Of a stretch of 64,000 nucleotides of DNA, positions 32,467-53,840 are shown piece after piece. Source of the DNA: the human T2T-CHM13v2.0 reference genome, Homo sapiens. Within the stretch, counting starts at the first letter, position 1, and each line of letters starts with the position of its first letter. A model generated the notes under the pieces. It was not told the DNA's origin. It did no database searches and worked only from the letters and a program-made list of their open reading frames with translations. The stretch lies in the NCBI RefSeq assembly GCF_009914755.1, contig NC_060926.1; one strand, written 5' to 3'. The translations under genes were made by a program, and so were the position numbers.

Positions 32467-33236
32467 TTATACATTGTTCTAAGGGTGAATGCAAAAACCT
32501 TGGGAAAATTTTCTTCTTTGAATAAAGTTCACTGTACTTATTCCCACTCTCCAGATACACTGTACCTGTGGCATTTCTCTGTGTACCAGTTTTATTACTG
32601 TTGTACTTAATATGTGAGAAATGATTTGTTGTCTAGGAGACACCAATAAAAGCAGAACTTAAGGCATGTATATTTCGAAAGCGAAAAAAGTCAACAGGTT
32701 ATATATATAGTGTCATAAATATTTATAACATTCATCAATTTCAAAGGCTTCTAGTTATTTGACTTATGCTGTTTGGTTAACGCCTACATTACTATAAATG
32801 ATCTCAGGATCATGAAAGGCCTTTAAAAAGAGTGTTAGTATATTAATATGACCTGAGGCTTGAAAAAGCATTTCCATTTATGACTCAAAATAGAACATAA
32901 AAGAATGCTAAAACACCAATGCTAAATTGTACAATTCGGGAGAATAAAGTCAGTGAGATCCTAAGTTCCACAAAGGCAGGGACCCAAATGTGTTTTACTC
33001 AATGTTGTATGTGCAGCACTTAGCACTACTGACTGACACAAGGTGAGTAATCGGTTAGTAAATGTTTAGTTAGAATACATGGAAGGGGATATGTTATGGA
33101 AAATCAATGGGTGAGCATTTCACAAATTCTAGTATGAATCCCTTTTTACAGTTTTGGCCAAATTTATTACTCTTGCTGTAAATAAGGTCTTTGCATAGAA
33201 AATCAAATATTTTAAAATCATGATGATTATTAAGAC

Positions 33237-34040
<804 letters not shown>

Positions 34041-34334
34041 CTATGGAACAAACAACTTACATATCTATGAAGCTGTGCAAAGGACTTAAAATATAACACT
34101 AAGTTGTTTTAAAGGATGGAGAATCATGTATTTATTAGGATGATATTGTTATTGATTCATAGGTTAGCCAAGTTCAAAATTAAAGTCTTAACTTGTCAAA
34201 AGATATTAATCTACTTCCAAAATTATATGTTTTGTAATAAATCTAATTTTCCTGAATTTAAATAAGGAAATCAGAAAATTTCCAAGTCAGAAAAGAGAAG
34301 AAATCGTCAATTGCTTGAAAATCAGATCTTTAGA

Positions 34335-34651
<317 letters not shown>

Positions 34652-36905
34652 TTAGAAAGATAGATTAAAACCAGGAGAGTGTGAAGAGAAAAAAATTTAA
34701 GGGTAATCAATGCTAAAGATCTATGATTTTTATACAAATTCTGGGCAAAGGTCAACAGCACAATTAGTTAAACAGATGATTTGTGAGCATTTCCAAAAAA
34801 AATTTGATCATTCGCTCAGAATTATTATTGAGGCAAGAATTGCTGTGAAGTCTGATCCATATACCCACCTTGTTAACTCAGAGAAGGAACTCAATAAATA
34901 CTTGTTTGATTGATCCATACCTTATAGTAGATCATATACAAAATTGCTCTTTTATCCCACAGATCATTTACATTTCTCCTTTAAAAGTTTATCCTCAAAC
35001 GTCCCAGTATCCTGGCTCACTAAAAAGAAAAAGTTAAGGCATCAAATAGAATAAAATGTAACTTGATTTGTTCTGTTTTGCTTCCTGATTATTTTATAAT
35101 TAAATTTTATAGAAACTCAAAATGTCAGTGGAGTAATGCATATCTTACATTGGCATGTATTATTTATGCCAAAGCTAATGATTGTTTTAGGACCTGCCCT
35201 AGGTAAGATCCTAGGAACGCTTGTCTTTGGTACCCCCTTTTTTCCCTTTAGCACCCGTTTCCACCAGAGCTCCCTTTCCCCAAGCTTCTTCTTGATGTTC
35301 AGGAATTGCCCTACCCAGGTTTGTCATTCCAACTTTATCCCTGATACTGTCACCTAGAGGCTTCCACCCTCACCAAAACCATCTCGCATTCTGTTTCCTT
35401 AGGTGTAGGTGAGTTGAGGGTCTCTGCTTCTTTCTCCTAATTTCATTTCTTGCCTGTGCCCAACCTAACCCCCAAAGAAAAGTGTTGATGATTGGTCTAA
35501 GCCAGAGACATTGAATTAGGCCCAGTTTGCTGTCAAGCAGATTCACTGTGTGGTTAAGATGATGCTCCTCTCTCTCTTTCCCATGACACTAGATCAATCA
35601 GGAGCCTAATTCAGGTTCCCAGGCATCTCTCTCTCATTATCTTCTTTCATGTGGCCAATCAGATAAGATCTCAAAGCCAGAATTGTCCACAACCTCAAAA
35701 GAATCTAAACTTCCTTAGCTTTAATTGGGCCCTTAACCAGAGGTGTCAGGAGAAGGACCTAAGGCTAAACAACTGCCAAAGTGGGGAAAACAAAAGAACT
35801 ATCTTTATTTTAGGAATGACCTCTTTAGGGCAGCAGTAAAGTAACTTATAAAAAACCCAGTAAAGACTAAAAACAGCCAAATCAACCAGAAAAGTAAAAT
35901 TTTCTATTTTACCTAGTAATAACAAAGCAAATATTCACAAAAATCTTTCTCTGTAAGGAAGGCAGAAAAGGTGCATGGTTAGTGCTGGCAATTTGTGCTG
36001 AGAATGGAGAGGAAGCCACCATACATATATAGATACATAAAAATAATCTACTGAAATTCCTTCATTTAACCTGCAAGATGATGGACTAGTGAACTGAAGG
36101 GAAATAAGCAGAGATGGACATTCTGTTACTGGAAAAACTCCATGAAGGTACATGGGAGGGGTAGGGACAGCTGATCTCTGTCACATGGAGCTTAGCTGAG
36201 AAACACTATGTGCAAGAATATGCTGCTTTCATAGATATGTTATTATTTTGTAACAGCTGTGGAGATTTTTTGACAGATAAAGTAAATGGGATAAGGAAAA
36301 AACATGCAGAGTTTTAACTTGGACTTTGCCTGTGTTTAGCAGCTAGCATTGGTCAAATTACTCAATCCACAACAAGGACAGCAATTATGACTGAGTTGGG
36401 AGGAAATGATAATAACTGGTTGTAAAGTACCCTGTTGCCAGATACCAATGTGATCAAGATTTAGTAGTTTTAATTTTTGTTTTTGTGATTATATGTAAAT
36501 GAAATGTTTCTTAATCTGAAAAAGTTAACAATGTTTCCTCAGCAACGTGATGTTAGCCAGGGGTCCCTGAGTCTTTCTGAGGCTGTCCATGGGAAGACTG
36601 CACACAAACCCATTTAAAGGAAGGACATCTTCTTATTCCTACATCCTCATCTGTAATGGCGCCATTATCCACTCACTTGCAGAAACTTCAACTCTTACCT
36701 CTCTTTATGCAATCAGTGGTTGACTCCTGTAAACTCTTTCTCTGAAAGCTTCTGTTTCTTATTTTTCCCTACATCTAACGACTCTGCCCCCACCAGTCCT
36801 CCTGCCAAATCTATCCCTATCCCACTCCCCACCCCCAATAATGGGGCATGTATAACCAAAATGAAATTATTAATGTATATTTATAAACTTCTTGATGAAA
36901 ACAGA

Positions 36906-36906
36906 T

Positions 36907-36949
<43 letters not shown>

Positions 36950-37238
36950 TTTTTTTGAGACAGGGTCTCTCTCTCTTGTCCAGGTGGGAATGCAGTGGCA
37001 CGATGTCAGCAAAGTGTGGCCTTGACCTCCTGGACTCAAGTGATCCTCCCATCTCAGCCTGTGGAGTATCTGGGACTACAGGCACTTGCCACCATGTGGA
37101 GCTAATTTCTTGTATTTTTTGTAGAGATGGGGTATTGCCTTATTGCCCAGGATGGTCTTGAATTCCTGGACTCAAGTCATCTGCCTTCCTCAACTTCCCA
37201 AAGTACTAGGATTACAGTCATGTGCCACTGCACCCAGC
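36906..37238 (-). mobile_element. AluJ with (TTTA)n tail
   Basis: Reverse Alu with about 11 ttta units. Confidence 0.88.
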
Positions 37239-37662
37239 TAAAACCAGAAACTTTAGACCTGATTTATCAGTTGTCATCTACAGAAACAATGTAGGAGTTT
37301 ATAAGAATTTTATATTATAAAAAATTCAAGTATGTACAAAAGAAAGAGACTAATGAACCTCTATTACCTATCACCTATATTCCTTCTCCTGTCCACTCCC
37401 TTCCCAGCTTTTTTTCTCGGAGTATACTGAGGCAAATTCTTCCATCCAGTACATACCTCATGTACTGACTTTTTGAAATTTTAGTTGCATTCAGGAAAAG
37501 AGAGGAGAAATTTGTAGCTGATAGTCTGGGAACACAATCTACCCCCTTAACAATAAGAGTTTTTCATGGAATCTTTAGGAATTTTTTTTAAGTGTTCTAT
37601 TTTCCTTCCCTTCATAAATTGCTCTTTTAAGTTTCACAATTGTACTGAAATCAATGATTTAA

Positions 37663-37972
<310 letters not shown>

Positions 37973-38041
37973 AAGTAAAGCTTTTTATGCTGAATTGGGA
38001 GTTCTCAAATAAGCTGTCCTCAAATAAAATTTTAAAAAAGT

Positions 38042-38678
<637 letters not shown>

Positions 38679-38747
38679 CAGACCAACAAAACTTCACAGA
38701 TTATATACTGGAACATTGTTGCTGTTTTAAGAAAATGATCAGATTGT

Positions 38748-39058
38748 GGCTGGGAGCCGTGGCTCATGCCTGTAATCCCAGCACTTTGGGAAGCCTAGGC
38801 AGGTGGATCACCTGAGGTCAGGTGTTTGAAATCAGCCTGACCAACATGGTGAAACCCCATCTCTACTAAAAATACAAAAAATTAGTGGGGCCTGGTGGCA
38901 TGTGCCTGTAATCTCAGCTACTTGGGAGGCTGAGGCAGGAGAATCACTTGAAACCAGGAGGCTGAGGTTGCAATGAGCTGAGATTGTGCCACGGCACTGC
39001 AGCCTGGGTGACAGAGTAAGACTCTGTCTGAAAAAAAAAAAAAAGAAAGAAAAAGAAA
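38748..39058 (+). mobile_element. Alu (AluS)
   Basis: Alu consensus; TSD gaaa(a/g)tgatcagatt. Confidence 0.92.
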
Positions 39059-41445
39059 GTGATCAGATTATGAATCTTCTTTATATCATATAGATTAACC
39101 TAGGTTCTATAAATGAGATTTAGAGGATCTGCAGCCCTGTGGGATGCCGTTACGAAGAATCCAGAAATAGTGAGTCCATCACAAGTACCATACGCAATTT
39201 CATTTCCACATCTTCACTTGGACTTGAAACTCACCAGGAGCACCTTTCTGTTTCCCCTCTACCAATTCAGGTATTATTCATCCTTTAAAACTCCCTTTGA
39301 AAGTTTCATCTCCATCATGAAGTCTTCCTAGATACTTGAGACCTTCATTTATTTCCCCATTTCTCTGCAGCACAGCACTTTAATGTAAACCATGCAAGTC
39401 ATTACTTATATGTGGTCTCCCTCTAATAACTATATTATGAGGACAGGGGACAGAGAAAATGTCATAACCCCTTTTAGTGTTTTCAAGGCTTTGCATATTG
39501 CTGCACCTATACTTGATTAATTATGATATACGGGAGAGTCTTAGGAGTCAAAGGGAAAAGAAATGAAATTTATATCCAAGCACTATAGTGCCTCCAAAAT
39601 AATATTGAAACAATTATTATTATACATGCCACTTGAAGATACTGATTTAAAAATAGGTCTTTATCAGTTATTCCTAAGGCTACTTGAGTTTGTACCTTAC
39701 AGTCTCAGAATTTTATCTTTCTCAATTCATATAGTGAGCCTTTTTGCCCAGTTTACTAGAAAACAAATTCTGAGGGAGATTGGGTGCTACTGCTTTATTT
39801 GTTTAGGGGTAAGCCTGGGAATGTGAGAGTGAGAAAAAGGGAGATGTGGCAGGAAAGGATGGGAAGCAATGCATGGGTAGGCTACATGAAAAAACTGTTA
39901 AGGAGAAGGCAGTCAGGCAACGAGGAGGAAGTGGGGTAATTGATCTGTCACACTCCCAGCATCTCCTATTTCTACAGGCCAAAGTTCATCCCAAGTGTGG
40001 TTAACACCCAGCTTTCTGCATTGCATCATCCGGATCCCTCAGCAGTCATTTGGGAAGCCAGATACCATGCTCTCTAGTGTGGTGTTTCATCCAAGTCTCA
40101 AGTGATGAAAGGAGACAGAAACTCGAAATGCCTGACTGGCATGGCAGCAGCCAAGAAGGGCCAACATCCTGGATAAGCAACTGGTCAGCCCCTCACAGCA
40201 AAACCATGCAGGTCCCAAAGTGGTCAGATAGCTGAGCGCATGGCTGAGACAGCAGCTAGTCCTGTGAGGGCAGAGGGAATCTCAGGAAATGTAGACGATG
40301 TCTCTGATAAATATATGCCTGTCATAAAGTTTGGAGAACAGAAAGGCCATCTCTCATTTTCTCTGAGGAGAGTGCTTTCCTTGAATTCTCAAAAGCAGTG
40401 TGATACGTTAATTATAGTAATCAAATGGAACACCCCAACTTTCATTCTGTGTGCGTATAACAAGAATCTTTGCTCACTAAAATGGAATTAGATTATAGTA
40501 TGTCTGAGATAGAGAGACATTCAGTCTGTCCATCTATCTCATATAAGGGTAACAGTTGGAAATAGATTTTCTAAATTCTATGTAAGACACGATATATAAA
40601 TAACCTATGGTTTAAATAAAAATTTATTCTATGGCAATCATATAAATTTACCAGAAGATTCAAATATGCAGCTTCCACAAGGAAGTAGGCTAGTGGCAAA
40701 TTGATCCTTACATGAACCCTAAAAAAGAACAACACATTTCAGTTTCTCTATGCAGTGACAACTTTCTATTCTAGGCCTAGCCCCTTGTGGGGCCCACTCC
40801 AGTTCCATCCAGGGAAACAGGTAATATTTACAGGACCTGGGGCATAAGTACAAAAGGAAGCCACTGCCTACAGGCTGGCTCCACCTTCTCTTTTGACCTC
40901 CTGCTCACCCACACACCAGAAGGGGCCTCTCAAATATTTGTGAGGACACTCCTGCACATCCATCTAAGGGGTGTGCACATAATGGGAGGGGTGCACCTTA
41001 GGGAGGACAGATATTGGAAAGGGATACTGAAGGTTCTGATGCATGTTCCACACTGGGCAAAGAATTCGGGAGTCCCAAAAAGCCACAACAATGTCTACAA
41101 GGGGATTATCCTAATAAAAATCACAGAATTGCATATCTTGCTGTAGGCAGTTGACGGCAATGGACTGACTATACTCTGTTTAGGCCTAGAGGCCTTTCCA
41201 TGAGTTTCTAGGGACATTGTCAATATTGCTTGTTGATTACTGATGACATACTGATGTTTGGAAGTGAGTGGCTGCATATATCTCTTATGAGAGATCAAAG
41301 GTTTTGTTTGTTGTAGAGCAATTTTTGTTATTCTATCAGGTAATCTTGCCAAGGAATTGATTATTGACATTCAATAGCTTATACTGCAGTGCTTATTTTG
41401 AGCAGAGAAAAGATAAAATCGAATGGTGTAAAGATGTTAGAAATT

Positions 41446-41740
41446 GGCCAAGCACTGTGACTCATGCCTATAATTCCAGCACTTTGGGAGGCTGAGGCGG
41501 GTAGATCATGAGGTCAGGAGTTCGAGACCAGCCTGGCCAAGATGGTGAAACCCTGTCACTAACAAAAATACAAAAATTAGCCAGGCGTGGTGGTGGGCGC
41601 CTGTGATCCCAGCTACTTGGGAGGCTGAGGCAGAGAACTGCTTGAACTTGGGAGGTGGAGGTGGCAGTGAGCCGAGATTGCACCACTGTACTCCAGCCTG
41701 GGTGACAGAGTGGGACTCTGTCTCAAAAAAAAAAAAAAAA
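41446..41740 (+). mobile_element. Alu (AluS)
   Basis: Alu consensus; TSD about aaagatgtta. Confidence 0.92.
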
Positions 41741-42096
41741 GATGTTACGAATTGTACAGTGAGAGATAACTAGGTAATCATTATGGCTTCACCTTAAATT
41801 GTGTATTGCAAGATACCTGCTTAGCTTTTCTTGTGGAGGGACAGGTAGGATCTGAGGATTTAGCCAATCTCCCAATCTAATTTCTGAGGAGAGCCCTTGG
41901 AAATAACGTAATGTATTCTTCTGACATCATGACATGATATCATATATTATTTTGATTACAACTGATGCTGTTTTGCTCTTCAATCTGATAGATTTATTGT
42001 ATCTTGTGAGAAAGTAGCTAGTGGCTTATTTTATACTCCTTAACTCACACATCTAATTAGATGAACAAAACACAATTAATATCTAAATTTCACACC

Positions 42097-43050
<954 letters not shown>

Positions 43051-43250
43051 TTTCAGTTCTGAGTCTTAAAAGAATTGTCCATTAATTGAAAGAACCAAAC
43101 AGGAAAAGGGCACAATAATAAATCTATAAGACTTATTCAAGGTCACCAGAAGAGAAAGCAGCTCTTCTACAGGTGCCCAGCATTGCCATCTTAAGCAGTG
43201 GCAACTCCATTTGGAGAATTTTACTAAAAATTAAATAGAAAATAAAAGGA

Positions 43251-43420
43251 GGCCAGGTGTGGTGGCAGGCACCTATAGTCCCAGCTGAGGATGAGGTAGG
43301 AGGATCCCTGAGCCCAGGAGTTCAAGGCTGCAGTGAGCTATGATCACATCACTGTACTCCAGCCTGGGCAACATAGTAAGACCCCATCTCTCTATAAAAA
43401 AAGAAGAAGAGAAAGAAGAA
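43251..43420 (+). mobile_element. Alu monomer (FRAM/FLAM-like)
   Basis: Single monomer with A/GAA tail. Confidence 0.75.
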
Positions 43421-43424
43421 GACG

Positions 43425-43725
43425 GACAAGGCCAGAAGGGGAAGAGATTGGTCAACAAGTACAAAGCTTCAGTTAGATATGAGGAATAAGTTCTGGTATT
43501 CTATTGCATAGTAGGGAGACTAGCATTAACAATAATGTATGTTTGAGGATAGCTAGAAGACAGGTTTTTGAATGTTCTCATCACAAAAAAATGGTAAATG
43601 TTTAAGGTGAAAAATATCTTAAGTACCCTGATTTGATCATTATACAAGATATACATGGATCAAAACATCACATTGTACCTCATAAATATGAATAATTAAT
43701 ATGTATCAGTAATAAATAAATAAAA
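43425..43725 (+). mobile_element. Old L1 (L1MA/MB) 3' end
   Basis: gaggaataagttctggtattctattgcatagtaggg...taccctgatttgatcattataca...aataaataaataaaa. Confidence 0.8.
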
Positions 43726-43964
43726 ACACCACAGGTTAGTTGCTTACAGAGTGAGATGTTTATCTCCCACAATCTCTGTCTCTGGCCAGACCCAGCATTC
43801 TCTTCCAGTCTTTTATTAGCCATATGATCTTAGGCAAATTACTTAACTTCTCTTACCCAGAGTGTCCTGGTCTCTTAGTGGAGTTAATAAGCCTACCTGT
43901 GGTCTATAAAGTAATTAATTGAAACAATGTATGTAAACACTTTTGGCAGCTAGTGGGCTCTTAA

Positions 43965-44772
<808 letters not shown>

Positions 44773-47216
44773 TGAAAATGGGAAGACACACTGTTCCTAC
44801 CTTGTTCATCTTTGTTGCTTAGAAATTCAAACTCACAGTACAGGAAATAGCACAGAATCTAATACTGAAATTGATAGAGAGCCAGGAATGGGAAGAAGGC
44901 TGCGCTGTTCTTACCTGAGAAATAGAAATAGGTTTTTAAAGGAATGAGAAGAAATTTTTTAAATTTTAGATATCTACTTTTATATATACTTTTAAAATCT
45001 TTTACTATTTAGGAATTTGGCTCTTTGAACAATTTTTAGAAACAATCTTTGCTCCACACATTAAGGGATACTTTAATGACACCTGGGACTTGGCTCACAC
45101 TATCATGTAAAAAAATGTATTGGCTAGAATGTGATGTTCTTGGCAAGTAAAAGTAGCCTAGTTTCTGTCCAGTTCTTAAAGGTGTGTCATCACTAAAACA
45201 TAAACAAAACCGAAATGTTTGACAGAGAACTTTAGGCTTGAGGACTTCAGAACACCTATTCCTTATATCTGAGATGGTGCTTTGTTCATGAGAGCACTGT
45301 AAATATTTAATGAATATATTATAGATAATGTTCAAAATGTATCATAAAACTTAAGATCTTTTATGAGATTTTCTACAAGAGAAAGTCTCTTGTAGAAAAA
45401 CCTTAACATCAATGACATATTTAATGTCTATGTATATTTTATGCTCTACTAATTATCAATATAGGAGAATGACCTAGAACTTGGTTTTATTTCATGCAAT
45501 AAAAACATAAACATGGCCACTTTCTTATTTTATATCTGTGAATATTATGATTCGGTTAATGCAAGTTAAAACAAAAATCTATTCTGTAAAAACAGTCAAG
45601 AAATAATTATGGTGTAAGTAAATAAGCCTTCATTGACAAAGATGAGGCCTCATTTGAGTTTCATTTTCTCTTCAGAGGTCAAAAGTAGTCATCCAGAAAG
45701 TGCTTCATATTCATCGTCCCAGATTCTTTTTGCCACCTCCGTAGTTTATCAATAATTAGAAGAATAAAATAAAATATGGTATAAGTTAATGAGGGAGTTC
45801 TGGACTATGTAATTCCTAAGGTTTCCTCGAGGTCTAATATTTTAAATTCTATTATAATAAAATTTCATAAATAATACATAGAGAGGAGAAAAATATAATC
45901 ACAGCAACAATGAACTAATTGAAACGCCTGAGGGGTAGAATCCTTTCTGATAATCCAATCAGGCATGGAACTTCATTATTGTAAAGGGAATTATAGTAAA
46001 TCAAAAGAACTGGAGATCCCTAGAGAATAAGCAACACACTCAAGGTTACATCTCAATCTAGTACTAATTTGTTAAAATGATCACATATCAAGAGAGAAAA
46101 ACCTTTAATAACTTTACTAGATTTTAATTATCCCTTCTGTTAATGTGAATTGTTTGCTAAGTAGTATTTTTTAATTAGAAGCATAATGACAGTGAATTAA
46201 GAAACATAATGACAGAAAGTGGAGTCCAGCTCCATCTCCAGTGAGCTGTGTGGCCTTGCATCACTTACTTCCCTTGTCTGTTCTTCATTTATCTGTAAAA
46301 TTATGGAATTGAACTAAATGAAGCTATAAAGCCCCTATGAGCTTTAAAACACTCTCATCACCACTAATGAGGTTTTGATCCTTTTGAAAGTTCTAAATAT
46401 TTTCAAAAGTTTTGGTTTATCAAATGCCTCTCTAGCAGATCTAGGACTATAATTAGAAATTCAGTGCTTATATTTGATTAGTGAAAATAAAGAAAAAGAT
46501 ACACATAGAAACAGGCACATAGTATGAGAAAGTGATAGTCTATTTCTCAACTCCATCCACATTGCAATATTGCTCCGCCAAATTGTTTATTTTAAGCTCT
46601 TGCCAACTGAATATCATAAAATCCAGCTAACCTTCTAAGAGAAAATATCAGGGAGTGTAAAAATATAATGATTGTTTTTTATCTTTCATTTCTTTGTTGT
46701 TGATGAACAAGATTGATCTTTAACAGCCCTACAACCAAGGTTGACTGAATCAAAGATAGATACTTGAAGTAAAACAAAGTCCGTTACTGGCTTTCCCACA
46801 TGAAATCATATTCTCTCCATCTTCCTCCACTCTCCCAGTCTCCTTCTCCCGCTGTCCCTCTTTCTCAAGATTTTAAACAGATACCTAAAGCCTGAAGGTA
46901 GTTATGCTAAAGGGTCACAAAGACTTGCAGTCTGTTTGCCATTTTAAAAACAGTGCCTCAATCTGCCAACTAAATGAAAGAGGAAAATGGAGTAAATGTG
47001 CTAAGAGAAAGGAAAAGGAGACACCAGTTGGCCCCAGAAAGACAAAAAAAGGGAGAATACAGATTTCTTGGTCCCTGACAGCTTCAGTGTACAGGCTTAT
47101 TTCTCATGAAGGCTGACAGTATTTGATTTTAATTACCAAAATTATTGTATATCCCCATCTCCTTTATTTGAACTAATGTGGGTAGATTTCTATTCCTTAC
47201 TCACAAAAAGAGCTGA

Positions 47217-47328
47217 GGCTGGTCCGAAGGAAGTGAGTTACCTCAGTTGATGGGTCACAGTCAGTTACAGATCAACCTCCTTGTTCTACTCTTTCCCCTC
47301 ATCTGACTATTGTATTTCACTAGTCTTT
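47217..47328 (+). pseudogene. Y1 RNA (RNY1) retropseudogene, full length
   Basis: GGCTGGTCCGAAGG...CACAGTCAGTTACAGATC...CTCCTTGTTCTACTCTTTCCCC...ACTAGTCTTT matches hY1; poly(A) at 47329-47345; TSD aaaaagagctga at 47205-47216 and 47341-47352. Confidence 0.93.
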
Positions 47329-47908
47329 AAAAAAAAAAAAAAAAAGAGCTGAGACTAAAATGGCTGGAAATATATTCCAAAGATTGCCTGTAGAGCTGCA
47401 ATGATCTATGACAGCCAGCGAGTAGAAAGCAGCACTTGAAAAGACTTCATGGAAATGTCTAAGGTCTTGGTTTACAAGGCTTTATGTTGCTAGATTACTG
47501 GGAACAATGATATTAGTGCCTATCCTGGAATTAATCAACCTAAAACGCTTCATGAGAGGCAAATGGGAAACCCAGGGGCATTGGAGGCTCTGATTCAGTG
47601 CAGTAGTAGGCACCCACCTGCTGGAGGTGTGCTAACACACTCCATCAACTACACCATGTAACTCTTATTTTACCCTTCAGTAAATAGCAGTACTCATTGA
47701 AAGAAAGTCAGTTTTCTAAATTTTAGAAACTTAACTCATATTAACTGATAATATGATATCTGTTTTATGATACAGTCCTAATTTCAAGTTATACCATGGG
47801 GTCAGTTTGTTACTTATTAGCTCTAGATTAAGGAATGTGTAATTTCAAAACTGATAAATCAAAGTCATTTGTCAGCCAAAAAGAGAAAAAACTCAAAGTT
47901 TCCATTTG

Positions 47909-48207
<299 letters not shown>

Positions 48208-48731
48208 TTATTTCAATTTGGAGGAACAAAATGTGTGATAACTCTCCCTCAGATACATGGAATCAAGTGTTTTGAATGTTCTGAACATGTGAGCACACTC
48301 TGAGAGACTCGATGCTAAATGATTTTTTATTAGGATGCTTGGGTCCCTGACTAGGTGTATTTGAACTTTCCTTCTCCTCTCCCCCCAACAAAAAACATTT
48401 TTATTGCTTTATTATTTAATAATAGTATTTTCAGCTTTTGCAATTGTCTTGTACCTAATAACAGTTAATGCTTAAGACAAGTTCAAATTTAAAATAGTAT
48501 GAATAGAGGAATAACATATTTCCAGAACTAAAATTGCTTTAAATCTAAATCAGTACACCTACTATGTACCCATATTTTTAAAAAATAAATAACTGCATAT
48601 TAGAATATTTATAATGATTATTTTCACATGGTTCATATCTGATTTAAGGGACATTTCACCAAGAAATAATCTGCTGGAAAAAGTATAGTAGGAATACAGC
48701 TACAACATGTAGATAATTAAAATAATAAAAA

Positions 48732-49315
<584 letters not shown>

Positions 49316-49603
49316 TTGAAGAAATTTGGACTGAAACAAATTACTCTGGCTTCACTTGTATACCCTATAATGTTTAAGATAATATATCTTTATATCTTCA
49401 AAAGACTATGATAGTATTGAACTGAACAAAATTCACAGCTGATATTATAAGCTTGAAGTAAACACACAACATATGCTAGTTAGTATGCTCTACAAATAAG
49501 CTACAGGATGTAAACAAGGCCAGAAATGTGTTATTGTAAATTCAGCATGGTTAATCCTACCAAATGAAGATTGTTTGCCTGTGTTTTTCAAAAAGGAAAA
49601 CAA

Positions 49604-51321
<1,718 letters not shown>

Positions 51322-52115
51322 CCTTATTAAAATTTTGTAAAAAAACAAAACAGAACCACTAGTTAGAAATCTGACATAAGAGAAACAATATATAGGACTA
51401 CAGGGACAAAGTAGACAAGAATCCCAAATAGCTATTTTTTTATTTTTGGAAGATACAAATGAAGAATTTTCATTTGGTTTTACATTGTTTTTACAGTGCT
51501 TATATATTTCTGGTCTTGACCACATCTTGTAGTCTTGTAGTATGAGGAAGGTACTAGTATTATTATCTCTTTTCATACATAGTGACTAAGTTACTTGTCC
51601 CAAGTTTCAGAGGTATCAAGGAATAGTGCTGGAGTTCAAATCTGGCCAGTCTGGATCCCAAATCCTTGCTGTAAACCACTATGTTATGTAGCCCCTGTGC
51701 CTATGTGGCATAAATTAAAGGCCAGAGCAAAGCAGAGTCCTTTCTAAAACGGAAGGCATCAGAGCTGCACATATCCCAGATTATACACCTCTACCTGCTG
51801 CTACTCACCGGAGCCACATTCTTCCCAAGGCAACAGGGCCAGCTTGCGTATTAGAGTCTGGTTAAGGCCTTGCTTGACTCCCCTTATTCCTACCTCCTGG
51901 CTCTTCAGGCCACATGGAGAGAGATGGCCATCAGTCTCCCTTCTCTTTAGGGACTCATTTTGTGAAGGAAAGCCATTTCCCACATAGTTTATGGCAAAGA
52001 CAGGACAGGACTAGTCTTAGCCACAGTCACAGAAAAGAGAAAATGTCTTTGTTACTTTCTTAGCTAGCAAAACCCATTTCCCAGCCTCTTGATGTACTCA
52101 AAGCCTAACCTACTC

Positions 52116-52756
<641 letters not shown>

Positions 52757-52779
52757 TACTTAGCCTATTTGCCCTCTAG

Positions 52780-53074
<295 letters not shown>

Positions 53075-53246
53075 TCTTTCTACCATTGATCAGCAAGACT
53101 TGTGGCTTTGCTAACATAAACAGAAGAATATCCTCTCAATAACACGAAACTTTTGAGTCGGTCCCTCCTGATTCAGCAAGTGATATATTAAAGGGGGAAA
53201 AGGAATTTAGAAAAAATCATATCTTAAGATAAAAACTCAGCTTGTG

Positions 53247-53582
53247 GCCAGGTGAGGTGGCTCATGCCTATAATTCCAGCACTTTGGGAGGCTGAGGAGG
53301 GAGGATCGCTTGAGCCCAGGAATCCAAGATCAGCCTGGGCAATATAGTGAGACCTCATCTCTGCAAATAATAATTTTAAAAAATTAGCTGAGTGTGGTGG
53401 TGCACATCTGTAGTCCCAGCTACTTAGGAGGCTGAGGTGGGAGAACAGCTTGACCCCAGGAGGTCAAGGCTACAGTGAGCTGTGATTGGGCCGCTGGGCT
53501 GCAGCCTGGGCGACATGGGCTGCAGCCTGGGTAACATGGTGAGACCTCAAAAAAAAAAAAAAAGAAAAGAAAAGAAAAAAAA
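53247..53582 (+). mobile_element. AluJ with an internal 21-bp duplication
   Basis: TSD aaaactcagcttg; tgggctgcagcctggg(cg/ta)aca occurs twice at 53495-53536. Confidence 0.88.
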
Positions 53583-53840
53583 GGAAAACTCAGCTTGCTT
53601 GCAAGGCTACTGACATGCATAATACTATTTTGTTTTCAGAAGCTGAATACCATGTAACATTTTCTTTTTGTATCCTTTCCATATCCCAGTTCTGCCAGCC
53701 TGATCAACATCTCTGCCAACTAGAGCAAAGATTGGGCTCTGAGAAAAGCAAAAAAGAAACTAACAAGAATGGTTTTCAAAACATTATGTTGTTACAATTA
53801 CCTGAAGGAAAAGAGTTTCATTCCTTTGCATTCCTTAGAC

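Noticed and set aside
47610-47630. Third CTCF-like word (CCAGCAGGTGGGTG on the minus strand)
   Set aside because: Mismatch at the conserved GGC position; too weak to call without ChIP data.
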